From the IMG/VR virus record IMGVR_UViG_3300028558_000016, positions 248,001 through 312,000 of that record: a stretch of DNA of 64,000 nt. One strand, written 5' to 3'. The notes beneath the pieces were generated by a model. That model did not search any database. It was not told where the DNA came from and was given only the letters and a program-made list of their open reading frames with translations. Every line of letters begins with the position of its first letter. Positions within the stretch are counted from its first letter, which is position 1. Shown here one piece after another: positions 19,151 through 28,233 of this stretch. Both the position numbers and the translations under genes were made by a program.

Positions 19151-19614
19151 AAAGAATATTCTCATACGATTCGTTCTTGAACGAAAGCAGACTGACCGAT
19201 ATGTACGATGAGAGAAAAGAACTCATCCTACAAATTGCTGACATGAGAAAAGATATGGAAAATGATCCAGAAGTCATCGAACAACCGGATGCTTCTGCGC
19301 CAGGATCAAAGGCAGATTGGTATGGTGGAGAATTAGGAAAGCTTGATGCTGAGCTTGAAAAGCTTGAAGCAAAGATAGCAAAGGCCGAAGATAGAAAAAA
19401 CCCGAAAGAATTAACTTACGAAGAAGCAGTGCACATGGATACTATTAAGACAATGAACAAAAACATCGAGGACATCAAAAAGTCTCGAGCAAGCTGGCCT
19501 GACCGATCAATGGAACAGGAAGCTGAAATATATAAGAAGCGTTACGGAATAAACGGAGACATAGAAGGAATAATCTACGCTCTTAAGAAACTACAAGACG
19601 AAAAGAAAATATAA
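19147..19614 (+). CDS. Putative internal head protein
   Basis: MKRIFSYDSFLNE; coiled coil. Confidence 0.6.
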   Translation: MKRIFSYDSFLNESRLTDMYDERKELILQIADMRKDMENDPEVIEQPDASAPGSKADWYGGELGKLDAELEKLEAKIAKAEDRKNPKELTYEEAVHMDTIKTMNKNIEDIKKSRASWPDRSMEQEAEIYKKRYGINGDIEGIIYALKKLQDEKKI

Positions 19615-19621
19615 AACAATT

Positions 19622-20752
19622 ATGGCAAAGAGATTTCACAATTTTGAAGAGTTCATTCTTGAGTCGCAAAAGGCTGAAGAAGCAATCATGTCAGCTTTAA
19701 ACAAGAGGATATGGTCTGAAGTTTTCACAAGCTCTTACTTGACTGAAGCAGAAAAGGTTTGGTTTTCCAATTTCTTAACTGAGAACAACATCCCAGTGGA
19801 CATTGACAACATCAATGAATCTGTTTGGGACACCATCAAGGCAGGAATAGAAAAGGTGAAGGACTCTGGCACTGACATTGGAAAAAAGATCTCTGACAAG
19901 ATAGGAAAAGCTTATCAAGGAGCAAAACAATTCACGGCTTACATCGGAGACCTCATCAAGAAGTCTTGGGCTAAACTATTGGATTACTTCAAAAAGAAAT
20001 TCGCAGGTGTTAAGGACATCATCAAGAAAGATTACAAGAAGGCCGTTGATGGAAAAGAAATTTCAGAAGAAAAATTAGCTGCTGAATTAGAAGCTCTTGG
20101 AGAGACAGTAGATTTCTGGACGACAAAAGTTCCAGCCAAGATAGCTGACACAGTTAAAGGAAAATTCGCTAATGCAATCGTTCAAGAATGTTTAACTCAC
20201 AACGGAGAAATCCTTAATGAGCTTTGCGCATTCGATCCAATTAAAATGGATGAGATGGTGATGAAAGCTTTAAACGAAGCTGACGACAACGCAGATGCAA
20301 ACGATCCTGAGAACAAAGGAGAAGAAGGCGGAGACGCTGCACATGGAGATACCAAAGGATTATTCGGATGGTTGAACAAGATGGCGCACAAGATCTCTGA
20401 GTATCCTCCATTCAAATGGTTACATCAAATAAAAGGATTAGCTGAAAAAGGAGTAAAAGGAATTCTTAAAAAGATTTCTGAACTTACAACTAAATTGGAC
20501 GGTCCTGGAGTTTACGATTTCGCAGTGGTATCAATGATCTCTGCTGGAGCAATAGAATATTTCATTAAGCATTGGCTCGCAGAGAAGCTTGAAAAAGGAG
20601 TGTTTGGTTCTGAACCGATATTGAAGTTCATCCCAATGGGAACAACCATATTACACACTATTGAGTGGATAGCATTGATCGTGCTCATCATAGAAACAAT
20701 CAAGGAATTAACGACCGCTGGAAAAGAAGGGGACGCCGCCCCAGCACACTAA
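19622..20752 (+). CDS. Putative internal/ejected protein with C-terminal hydrophobic helices
   Basis: MAKRFHNFEEFILE; amphipathic helices; hydrophobic C-terminus. Confidence 0.6.
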   Translation: MAKRFHNFEEFILESQKAEEAIMSALNKRIWSEVFTSSYLTEAEKVWFSNFLTENNIPVDIDNINESVWDTIKAGIEKVKDSGTDIGKKISDKIGKAYQGAKQFTAYIGDLIKKSWAKLLDYFKKKFAGVKDIIKKDYKKAVDGKEISEEKLAAELEALGETVDFWTTKVPAKIADTVKGKFANAIVQECLTHNGEILNELCAFDPIKMDEMVMKALNEADDNADANDPENKGEEGGDAAHGDTKGLFGWLNKMAHKISEYPPFKWLHQIKGLAEKGVKGILKKISELTTKLDGPGVYDFAVVSMISAGAIEYFIKHWLAEKLEKGVFGSEPILKFIPMGTTILHTIEWIALIVLIIETIKELTTAGKEGDAAPAH

Positions 20753-20754
20753 GC

Positions 20755-21963
20755 ATGAAACGCATAAAGAGATTCGAGAGCTACATAAGTGAGTCTTATC
20801 TCGGAGGCTCTCGTGCTCCGCTGTATCACACTTCTCCAATCACAAACTCATATAGCATTTTACAGGAGGACAAACTAAAGTCCACTGTGATCCCTGACAA
20901 ATTTTGGTCGGCTGATTTTCCAGCTCCATCTCTAATATCATTCACAAGAAGCAAGGAATTCGTGTATGAGGATTACCCTGTCACGTTCATCGTTGACGGA
21001 GATAAATTGGAAGCAAGATTCAAAGTTCATCCAATAGATTATTTTGCAAAGACCGTTGGGCATCACATGAAGCCTAAAAGTCTAAGACAAGAAGGAGAGT
21101 TTGAATTTGAGGAAGCCGTACAGAACAAAGAAATAAACGATCTTCACAAGTACTTAATGGAGATTCGTCTAAACGATTCCTTCTTCATGTTCTATAAAAC
21201 ATATCCAAGAAACACAAGAGAAGAATATAGAGAATCATACGAAGACCTCGTTAAAGGTTTGATAGAATACAAGAAGAAGTTTAACACCAAGGTGGTTCGC
21301 AAGAACGGTAAGGAATGGACTCTTGATGACATGGAGAATGAAGCATCTGAATTCCCTATAACAGAAAACATATATCACAAAGACTCTGGAATGAGAATGT
21401 ACGTCAGCAAGGCTGCTGATGAAGACGATTACAAGGTTTATTATTCCTCATACAATCCAATGGGTGGATTCGACTCAGACACATTTTCTAAATACCTTAA
21501 CACAAACGGAATTGAGCACACAAAGATTGGTGGCAATGCCGTAAAGATGAACAAGGCCAACGTTGACAAATTAAAGAAGAGCATGCTAACTCTCGAGAGC
21601 TTAAAGGATGGAAAGGCGTTGACAAAGGCTGAGATAAATAAGATAGAATATTTTTACCATGCAACTGCCAAGAGCAATCTTGGAAACATAATGGCAAACG
21701 GAATTAGAGTTGGACCTGAGAAAGTTGTTTACCTCAGCGACACGTACGATAATGCAGCAAGATTTTTGGTGTTCAGAGGATTACCGATAATAGTATTCAA
21801 GGTAAAGGCTTCCAAGCTTAACATGGAGAAAATGGAAGAAAGCTTTGATCACAGTTATAGCTTCTTCAAGTGTCATGCATTCATGTATTATGGAAACATA
21901 CCAAAGAGTGCCATTGATTACGATTCAATAATGAAATACAACGATGAAGATAAAGAGGTTTAA
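20755..21963 (+). CDS. Putative internal head protein with two ADP-ribosyltransferase-like domains
   Basis: MKRIKRFESYISE; LYH...ISFTR...EFEE; C-terminal YHAT...IMANGI...VYLS...IP (Tpt1/KptA-like). Confidence 0.55.
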   Translation: MKRIKRFESYISESYLGGSRAPLYHTSPITNSYSILQEDKLKSTVIPDKFWSADFPAPSLISFTRSKEFVYEDYPVTFIVDGDKLEARFKVHPIDYFAKTVGHHMKPKSLRQEGEFEFEEAVQNKEINDLHKYLMEIRLNDSFFMFYKTYPRNTREEYRESYEDLVKGLIEYKKKFNTKVVRKNGKEWTLDDMENEASEFPITENIYHKDSGMRMYVSKAADEDDYKVYYSSYNPMGGFDSDTFSKYLNTNGIEHTKIGGNAVKMNKANVDKLKKSMLTLESLKDGKALTKAEINKIEYFYHATAKSNLGNIMANGIRVGPEKVVYLSDTYDNAARFLVFRGLPIIVFKVKASKLNMEKMEESFDHSYSFFKCHAFMYYGNIPKSAIDYDSIMKYNDEDKEV

Positions 21964-22393
21964 TAATTTCATAAACGAAGAAGCTTCAACGTTGATTCCT
22001 GTAGTGAGATGGGCATCAAAGAAATACACCGCAGAAGAGTTGAAGCCTCAGAAGTTTGATTGGGGAGGATTCGAATCATTCGGTCTTTGCTTCACTCCTT
22101 TTAATGGTATGGAAGATCCAAGGATAAACTTCTGGAAGAAATTATTACAGAAGCATCACAACAAGGAATTGGTTGCTAATTTTTATTACCTCGATCTTTC
22201 CGACTTCCCGTTGAAGTCAGAAGCAGCATTGGTTGATTTCGCAAAGCTTACATATAATTCATTGAAGGCTGAACGAATGATGAAGACTGATTATAAGATA
22301 CACATGACTCTGACGAATGACTTTGGAACGGCACAGCTCGTTGAGATAAGATTATTGGAAGGTTGCACCATAAAAATATTGGACTACAAGTGA
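21944..22393 (+). CDS. Putative internal head protein
   Basis: MKIKRFNNFINEE. Confidence 0.55.
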   Translation: MKIKRFNNFINEEASTLIPVVRWASKKYTAEELKPQKFDWGGFESFGLCFTPFNGMEDPRINFWKKLLQKHHNKELVANFYYLDLSDFPLKSEAALVDFAKLTYNSLKAERMMKTDYKIHMTLTNDFGTAQLVEIRLLEGCTIKILDYK

Positions 22394-23175
22394 AGAAGAT
22401 AAAAACATATAACAATTTTCTATTAGAAAAAAAGATGGAAGCCTTTGTTGAGATTGCTAAACGCAACAACATGACAGAGGACTGCATGCATCTCGTTGTT
22501 TGGTGGGGACTAACCGGATATTTATATTACCACGGATTGCATGATAAGAATCCACCGATCACTAAAGAAGGAAAGAGAATGCTTAAAGTAATTTTTGATT
22601 CAGTGGTGAACGGAACTTATTCCGATTACATGAACCAAAGAATAACAGCAGAAGACGAGGATAACGATCCAATAGTTATGGAAGAAAACGTCTATAAGCA
22701 GATGGGAAAGAATTACATTGATGACACGTTCAATGCCAACCTTGTTGAATTGAAACACCCAATTAAAGTTTTCAAGGATTATTCCAAAGACAGATTTGTG
22801 ACTGGAAAAGATACTGCATGGTATTCATTCTCTGTAATAAAGGGGAGAGACCAAAACGCTTACGGAGATGCTTATATCTGTTACGAGCTTCCAGCAGGAT
22901 TCAAGTATCTCGATACAAGAGGCCTTGCAGAAAAAGGAGAGATACTCATAGACGGCAAAGACTTAACAGATGACATGATAATAAGCAATTCAAGCGAGAT
23001 GAAGATAGACCTTAAGAAAGGCGATGAGATATTAACTGGCAAGTGGCAGAACAAACATGATGAGGTTAAAAAGGTTGGAAAGAATGAATTAGGCCAACCA
23101 ACTATAAATGGTAAACCAATGTTGAAGTTCAGAATAAAGAGATTGATGCCAAAGAAAAAGAAGTCTGAAGAATGA
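22390..23175 (+). CDS. Putative internal head protein, possibly Alt/VIP2-like ART fold
   Basis: GTG start gives MKKIKTYNNFLLE; WYSFS...YG...EKGEILI resembles S-x-S and E-x-x-I/L motifs. Confidence 0.45.
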   Translation: MKKIKTYNNFLLEKKMEAFVEIAKRNNMTEDCMHLVVWWGLTGYLYYHGLHDKNPPITKEGKRMLKVIFDSVVNGTYSDYMNQRITAEDEDNDPIVMEENVYKQMGKNYIDDTFNANLVELKHPIKVFKDYSKDRFVTGKDTAWYSFSVIKGRDQNAYGDAYICYELPAGFKYLDTRGLAEKGEILIDGKDLTDDMIISNSSEMKIDLKKGDEILTGKWQNKHDEVKKVGKNELGQPTINGKPMLKFRIKRLMPKKKKSEE

Positions 23176-24173
23176 GACGCATAAAGCTATATGAAGAATT
23201 TGTCGTTCAACTCAATGAGCTGAACGCAAGTCCTTATTTCTGGAGATGGGACACCAACAAGACTGCAAAGTTTGAATCGCCTGACGATACTTACGAAGTA
23301 TTCTTCTTTAAAACCAAAGACGACAACACATACATAGCACATTACGAATCAAAGAAATACGGAACAAACAAATCAGGACCTGGATCAACAGGAAATGCAA
23401 TGAGAGTTCTTGCAACTGTAATGGACATCATAATAGCTTTCCTTGATCAGTTTCCTGAATACGACGTTGAATTCGTAGGAGACAAAGAAGAAGACGAGAA
23501 AGATGGTCCAACCAAGAGAGACAGAATATACAAGATGATGATGCAAGATCTTCCAGACAATTACAAATGGGAACTCGCATCAGACAAGAAAACAATTCAC
23601 ATAAGCAGGCAACACGTTTACGAAGACGTTAGCGGAATTGGTGGTGAAACATTCTACCATGGATCAACTGACAAGAATTTAGCTGGTCACAAGGGATTGC
23701 ATGTAGGAACTCGTGAGGCAGCAAAGGAAGCTCTTGAAGCAAGGATAGGAGTTCCAGCTGAAGGAGAATGGGATGGAACAAGAGAATATGGAAAGACTCT
23801 ATTAGCAGGACAAGACAGATTGAACAAGATAGAGAAGGAAGAAAAAAGATATGTGGCAACAGGTTTCAATTGTGGAAGCGATGTGCCAAAAGAAGATTAC
23901 TATCCGACAGACAGAAAGGAAAAAGCAACATACAGCGATGAGTCTGTTGTTCCAATGAACTGCAAGCCAATAATATTTCCAGTTAAAATAGTCGGTCACA
24001 TGACAAACACGCCTCAGCATCCATTGAGCGATTCCAAAGCGAATGGATTGATGAAAAGAAGCTTGACGGCAGGAAATGCTAAGAGCGGATTCTATTACAA
24101 GAACATCGGAGAGGACGAAGGGTCTATATCAGCTGTCGTTCCGGATAAGTCTTTCTTGAAACTTACCACTTAG
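23172..24173 (+). CDS. Two-domain putative internal head protein; C-terminal ART-like domain
   Basis: MRRIKLYEEF; TGNAMRVLATVMDII domain; FYHGST...GLHVGT..AA. Confidence 0.55.
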   Translation: MRRIKLYEEFVVQLNELNASPYFWRWDTNKTAKFESPDDTYEVFFFKTKDDNTYIAHYESKKYGTNKSGPGSTGNAMRVLATVMDIIIAFLDQFPEYDVEFVGDKEEDEKDGPTKRDRIYKMMMQDLPDNYKWELASDKKTIHISRQHVYEDVSGIGGETFYHGSTDKNLAGHKGLHVGTREAAKEALEARIGVPAEGEWDGTREYGKTLLAGQDRLNKIEKEEKRYVATGFNCGSDVPKEDYYPTDRKEKATYSDESVVPMNCKPIIFPVKIVGHMTNTPQHPLSDSKANGLMKRSLTAGNAKSGFYYKNIGEDEGSISAVVPDKSFLKLTT

Positions 24174-24299
24174 TTATTAACATTATAAATTCATAACTTG
24201 CTCACAAGTATGATACTAATGACGGATTAATGCCTACATTTGTGAGCCGTCAGTTTTTGGCCTTTGAGGTTCTCAGTATTAATATTTTGAATTAGTATA

Positions 24300-24488
24300 A
24301 TGCCAAAACAAATTTCAACTTATTCGTTGCAACAAGAGATTGTAGACAATGAAACCTACCATAATTTTTTCGTGAATTTCAGAAACCAAGGTGGAGATTT
24401 ATCCTTGCTTAAGGATTATTATCTCAAAGAGGAATTCCATTACAACAAGAGCTTAACCGAATCACTTAATGAAATTCCAAAGCCATGA
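24300..24488 (+). CDS. Small hypothetical protein
   Basis: ORF after an intergenic gap; ATGA-coupled to the next gene. Confidence 0.45.
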   Translation: MPKQISTYSLQQEIVDNETYHNFFVNFRNQGGDLSLLKDYYLKEEFHYNKSLTESLNEIPKP

Positions 24489-24742
24489 GACATAATAAAA
24501 CTTTTTCGGTGTATCTTATGAGATACATTTATGGAACACACTATGTTGGAGTCAATATAGATCCTGTCAAACATATTATAGAATTCAATAAAAGGAAAAA
24601 ATGTCAAGCCGTTCTCATCTATATTATATCCGATTTATCCATTATAGATGCAATAGACATTCAATTAAATCTTAAGAGTCAGAGCACCAATACTCTCGAA
24701 GAATATTTCCAAGAACACGGTAAACAAGTTATACATGTCTGA
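24485..24742 (+). CDS. Degenerate GIY-YIG (YhbQ/UPF0213-like) protein
   Basis: VYLMR...HYVG..D; canonical catalytic Arg and Glu positions hold His and Gln. Confidence 0.5.
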   Translation: MRHNKTFSVYLMRYIYGTHYVGVNIDPVKHIIEFNKRKKCQAVLIYIISDLSIIDAIDIQLNLKSQSTNTLEEYFQEHGKQVIHV

Positions 24743-24917
24743 AGATTTAAAATATAAAATGTTCTTGATTGACATCAAGAATCTGTGTGATCAACACGAC
24801 GACTTAGCGCCGATCTCTAATCTAATAAAAAATGGAATGACACGTTTGGAAAAAAAGCCTGGTCCGATCATAGAAAAAGAATTAAAGAAACCTATACCTC
24901 TTTATTTATTAAATTGA
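24735..24917 (+). CDS. Small hypothetical protein
   Basis: Overlapping co-oriented ORF. Confidence 0.45.
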   Translation: MSEDLKYKMFLIDIKNLCDQHDDLAPISNLIKNGMTRLEKKPGPIIEKELKKPIPLYLLN

Positions 24918-25278
24918 TGTGCATCTTCAGTATGTCACACAATTCCTCGCCGGCCTCTTTGAGATCGGAATCCTCGTAATACCAATTGATGGAAGCATTG
25001 TGAAACGCTTCCAATTTCCTGAATATCTTTATTAATTGCAACAGGCTTGATGGAGAGAAATATCCAAGGTCCACGTTGATCAGGAAATAAGAATTCTTGT
25101 CTTGAACTTTTAGGAAAGCATCAAGCCAATCTATTATTGGAAGATAAAATGATTTTGGATCTGTTGGAACTGAAACCCCTTTGATGTTAAAGATCCCATC
25201 CTTTGGAATGTACTCGAACGATGGAGACTTTTCTGTGGCCTTCATCCTTAAGGGGATATTGTACAAACCATCACTCAC
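24892..25278 (-). CDS. SiaC-family (DUF1987) regulatory protein
   Basis: ATEKSP...G.F.IKG.S.P.D...FY.PIIDWL...YFSPSS...LE...INWYY...EAGEE. Confidence 0.8.
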   Translation of the reverse strand: MSDGLYNIPLRMKATEKSPSFEYIPKDGIFNIKGVSVPTDPKSFYLPIIDWLDAFLKVQDKNSYFLINVDLGYFSPSSLLQLIKIFRKLEAFHNASINWYYEDSDLKEAGEELCDILKMHINLINKEV

Positions 25279-25294
25279 ATGTTAAATATACTAA

Positions 25295-26026
25295 TTATAA
25301 AGACAATCCTAAAATATTTCTATTATAAATCTTAGAAGCAAATAGATGATTGAGGACAGGGAATACGCTCTTCTTTGTGTCATAGCTTAAATCGCTCTCA
25401 ACAGCCACAAATAGATCATCAGACTTGTTCTCCTCTTCTAACACCTTAATCTTAACGTCTGTGAAATCTGCTTTGGTCGGCATGTCATAATATTTATGCA
25501 ATGAGAAAGTAACGTCCTTAAATGTGGAATCATAGATGAACTTGTAACACTCGAACACAGGTGAACCCGCATATCTCAATAACAAATATCCGGTGCTCTT
25601 GTCCAATGTTTTTCCAATGTAATAAAGCTTGATGTGTGATTCGATCTTCTTGAAAACCTCACCGCCCTGCTTTATGGATTCCTGCAATTTTTTTAATGAC
25701 CACTTAGCGATCTTAATTGCTTCCATCAAATCAGGATTGTTATCAGGTTGAGAGGCAACCTTCTTGAAATATTCTCTTTGTTCATCTGTAGGTGATGGAA
25801 CGTCTCTCAATTCGAGAAGAGATCTTATTGTAAGAAAGCATTCGATGTTTTTCGAATGGTATCGTGTTTCCTGCAGATAATCTGCAAGGTTGTTTCTCTT
25901 GAAACCTCTTTCCACCTTTTGAAGATAATCCATTAAAATGTACTGCTTATGCTCGAAATCGATAGGCGATTCGAGGAACCAAATGGGTGATAGTTTCATG
26001 CCGTTTGTAGTTTTCTTGCGTGCCAT
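25295..26026 (-). CDS. Conserved hypothetical protein of Bacteroidota type
   Basis: WFLESPIDFEHKQYILMDYLQ N-terminal motif. Confidence 0.6.
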   Translation of the reverse strand: MARKKTTNGMKLSPIWFLESPIDFEHKQYILMDYLQKVERGFKRNNLADYLQETRYHSKNIECFLTIRSLLELRDVPSPTDEQREYFKKVASQPDNNPDLMEAIKIAKWSLKKLQESIKQGGEVFKKIESHIKLYYIGKTLDKSTGYLLLRYAGSPVFECYKFIYDSTFKDVTFSLHKYYDMPTKADFTDVKIKVLEEENKSDDLFVAVESDLSYDTKKSVFPVLNHLFASKIYNRNILGLSL

Positions 26027-26033
26027 GTTTCAG

Positions 26034-26063
26034 TTTATATATTCATTAAATTTTCAATATATA
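26034..26063. promoter_or_regulatory. Back-to-back AATATATA motifs (divergent late promoters)
   Basis: tttatatattca (minus) and caatatatagg (plus) between divergent genes. Confidence 0.5.
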
Positions 26064-26090
26064 GGATAAGTAAAACCCATCAATCCATTC

Positions 26091-28211
26091 ATGAACGGTG
26101 CTCAATTAAAAATCAAACAAATCAAGGGTCTCAACGCAGAGCTCGCTGATAAGCTTTCAAAGAGTTTAGGCGGAACTGTTACCGGACCATTGACGATAGG
26201 TGGACCATTAGTGGTCACTGGGCCAACCATCATAAACACTGATCTTTCTTTACAAGGAGCTATAGTGGATTTTTATGGAAGTCCTGGACCTCCAGGATGG
26301 GTGCTAACCTCCACAGGAACAGCAACACAATGGGTGGATCCTTTAGGACCATTAGGTGTTTCAGGATTTAGTGGAACATCAGGTATCTCAGGTTACAGCG
26401 GAACATCAGGTGTTTCTGGTTACACAGGTGTAAGCGGTTATTCAGGTGTAAGCGGATTCTCTGGATATTCCGGAGACAGCGGTACAAGTGGAACAACAGG
26501 TATTTCAGGAACAAGCGGTGTTTCAGGTTTTTCTGGATACTCAGGCGTATCAGGATACTCTGGAACTTCTGGTATTTCAGGAACGAGCGGTATAAGTGGA
26601 ACAACAGGTGTAAGCGGATTTTCAGGATACACTGGAGCTTCAGGAACTTCTGGATTTACTGGTGTGTCAGGTTTTTCTGGATACTCAGGCGTGAGTGGTT
26701 TTTCTGGATACACAGGAACTTCTGGTATTTCAGGAACAAGCGGTATTAGTGGAACTTCTGGAATTTCTGGATACAGTGGTGTTTCAGGTTTTTCTGGTGT
26801 TAGTGGATGGTCAGGATCAAGCGGTATTTCTGGATTCAGTGGTTATTCAGGTGTAAGTGGATTCACAGGTGTGAGCGGTTACACTGGTGTTTCTGGATTC
26901 ACTGGAACTTCTGGTATTTCTGGATCATCTGGATATTTTGGACAAGATGGTATGTCAGGTTTTTCTGGATTCTCTGGATTCGGAATTTCTGGTTACTCAG
27001 GATATTCTGGAAACAATGGAGTTGCCGGTGGAGCTTTATACTATTTAAGAGATGAAGACTCAGATGTCCCAGGCTTTAAAGAATTAGATATAAATCCAGA
27101 TGGAATAGATCCTGAAGGATCTTATACAGCTGCTTGCGATAATACAACCGGCGAAGTATTAATAAAACAATTCTTAACTTTTCCATCAAACCCAGATCAG
27201 CTTTATATTTCAGGTGGTTCATGGATATTCGATACTTATGCCTCAGTAGACAACTCAGGCGGAGTTTCAAATATCGTAATAAGATTTTACAAGAGAGATC
27301 AATTTGGTATTGAGACTGAATTGTTCAACGTAACGACTGCAGAGATAAATGTCGTATCTCCTACATTATTTTCAAAAGAAATTCTCCAAGGAGAATTCAA
27401 TATAGCATTAACTGATAGATTATTAGTAAAGTATTTTGCAAAAACTACTTCAACGACAACAATTAACGTCAGCATTTATTTAGAAGGAAATACGCATGCA
27501 ACACATATTCACTCTCCTGTATCTTTCATAGGAGCTTCAGGTTTCTCTGGATGGTCAGGTTTTAGTGGAACTTCAGGAACTTCTGGATTCACAGGAGTTT
27601 CAGGATTTACGGGTGTGAGCGGATATAGCGGTGTTTCAGGTTTTTCTGGTGTAAGCGGATTCACAGGTGTCAGTGGTGTTTCAGGTTTCTCTGGATATTC
27701 TGGAACAAGTGGAACATCTGGTTATAGTGGAACATCTGGTTTTTCAGGCGTGTCAGGTTACTCTGGAACTTCTGGATTCTCTGGATATTCTGGAACATCA
27801 GGCTTCACAGGCGTCAGCGGTTTCTCAGGTATTTCTGGAGACTCAGGTGTTAGCGGATTCACAGGAGCAAGTGGAACATCCGGTTTTTCAGGCGTGTCAG
27901 GTTACTCTGGAACTTCTGGATTCTCTGGATATTCTGGAACAAGTGGAACATCCGGTTATAGTGGATTTAGCGGAGTTTCTGGATATTCTGGTGTAAGTGG
28001 ATTCTCAGGTGTTTCAGGATTTAGCGGATACTCAGGAACATCCGGATTCTCTGGTTACAGCGGAACAAGTGGATTTACCGGTGTCAGTGGATTCAGCGGC
28101 GTTAGCGGATTTTCAGGAACCTCTGGATTATCTGGAACTTCTGGATTTTCAGGAACCTCTGGATTTGATGCAGGTATTCTTGCATTGATCATCAATAGTC
28201 TTGGCTTGTAA
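26091..28211 (+). CDS. Collagen-like (Gly-X-Ser)n fibre protein with a central globular domain
   Basis: Two long [12 protein letters not shown] tracts flanking a roughly 170 aa beta-rich domain. Confidence 0.75.
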   Translation: MNGAQLKIKQIKGLNAELADKLSKSLGGTVTGPLTIGGPLVVTGPTIINTDLSLQGAIVDFYGSPGPPGWVLTSTGTATQWVDPLGPLGVSGFSGTSGISGYSGTSGVSGYTGVSGYSGVSGFSGYSGDSGTSGTTGISGTSGVSGFSGYSGVSGYSGTSGISGTSGISGTTGVSGFSGYTGASGTSGFTGVSGFSGYSGVSGFSGYTGTSGISGTSGISGTSGISGYSGVSGFSGVSGWSGSSGISGFSGYSGVSGFTGVSGYTGVSGFTGTSGISGSSGYFGQDGMSGFSGFSGFGISGYSGYSGNNGVAGGALYYLRDEDSDVPGFKELDINPDGIDPEGSYTAACDNTTGEVLIKQFLTFPSNPDQLYISGGSWIFDTYASVDNSGGVSNIVIRFYKRDQFGIETELFNVTTAEINVVSPTLFSKEILQGEFNIALTDRLLVKYFAKTTSTTTINVSIYLEGNTHATHIHSPVSFIGASGFSGWSGFSGTSGTSGFTGVSGFTGVSGYSGVSGFSGVSGFTGVSGVSGFSGYSGTSGTSGYSGTSGFSGVSGYSGTSGFSGYSGTSGFTGVSGFSGISGDSGVSGFTGASGTSGFSGVSGYSGTSGFSGYSGTSGTSGYSGFSGVSGYSGVSGFSGVSGFSGYSGTSGFSGYSGTSGFTGVSGFSGVSGFSGTSGLSGTSGFSGTSGFDAGILALIINSLGL
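26352..27010 (+). repeat. Coding 9-nt-period Gly-X-Ser repeat tract (limits approximate)
   Basis: Translation [14 protein letters not shown]... Confidence 0.85.
27531..28165 (+). repeat. Coding Gly-X-Ser repeat tract containing an exact 60-nt direct repeat
   Basis: 27738-27797 is identical to 27882-27941 (144 nt apart). Confidence 0.85.
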
Positions 28212-28233
28212 AGATCAAAATATATAAAAGAGA

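Noticed and set aside
24195-24300. HDV-like (theta) ribozyme
   Set aside because: P1- and P2-like pairings exist, but I could not place P3/L3, P1.1 or the catalytic C in J4/2, and no tRNA is adjacent.
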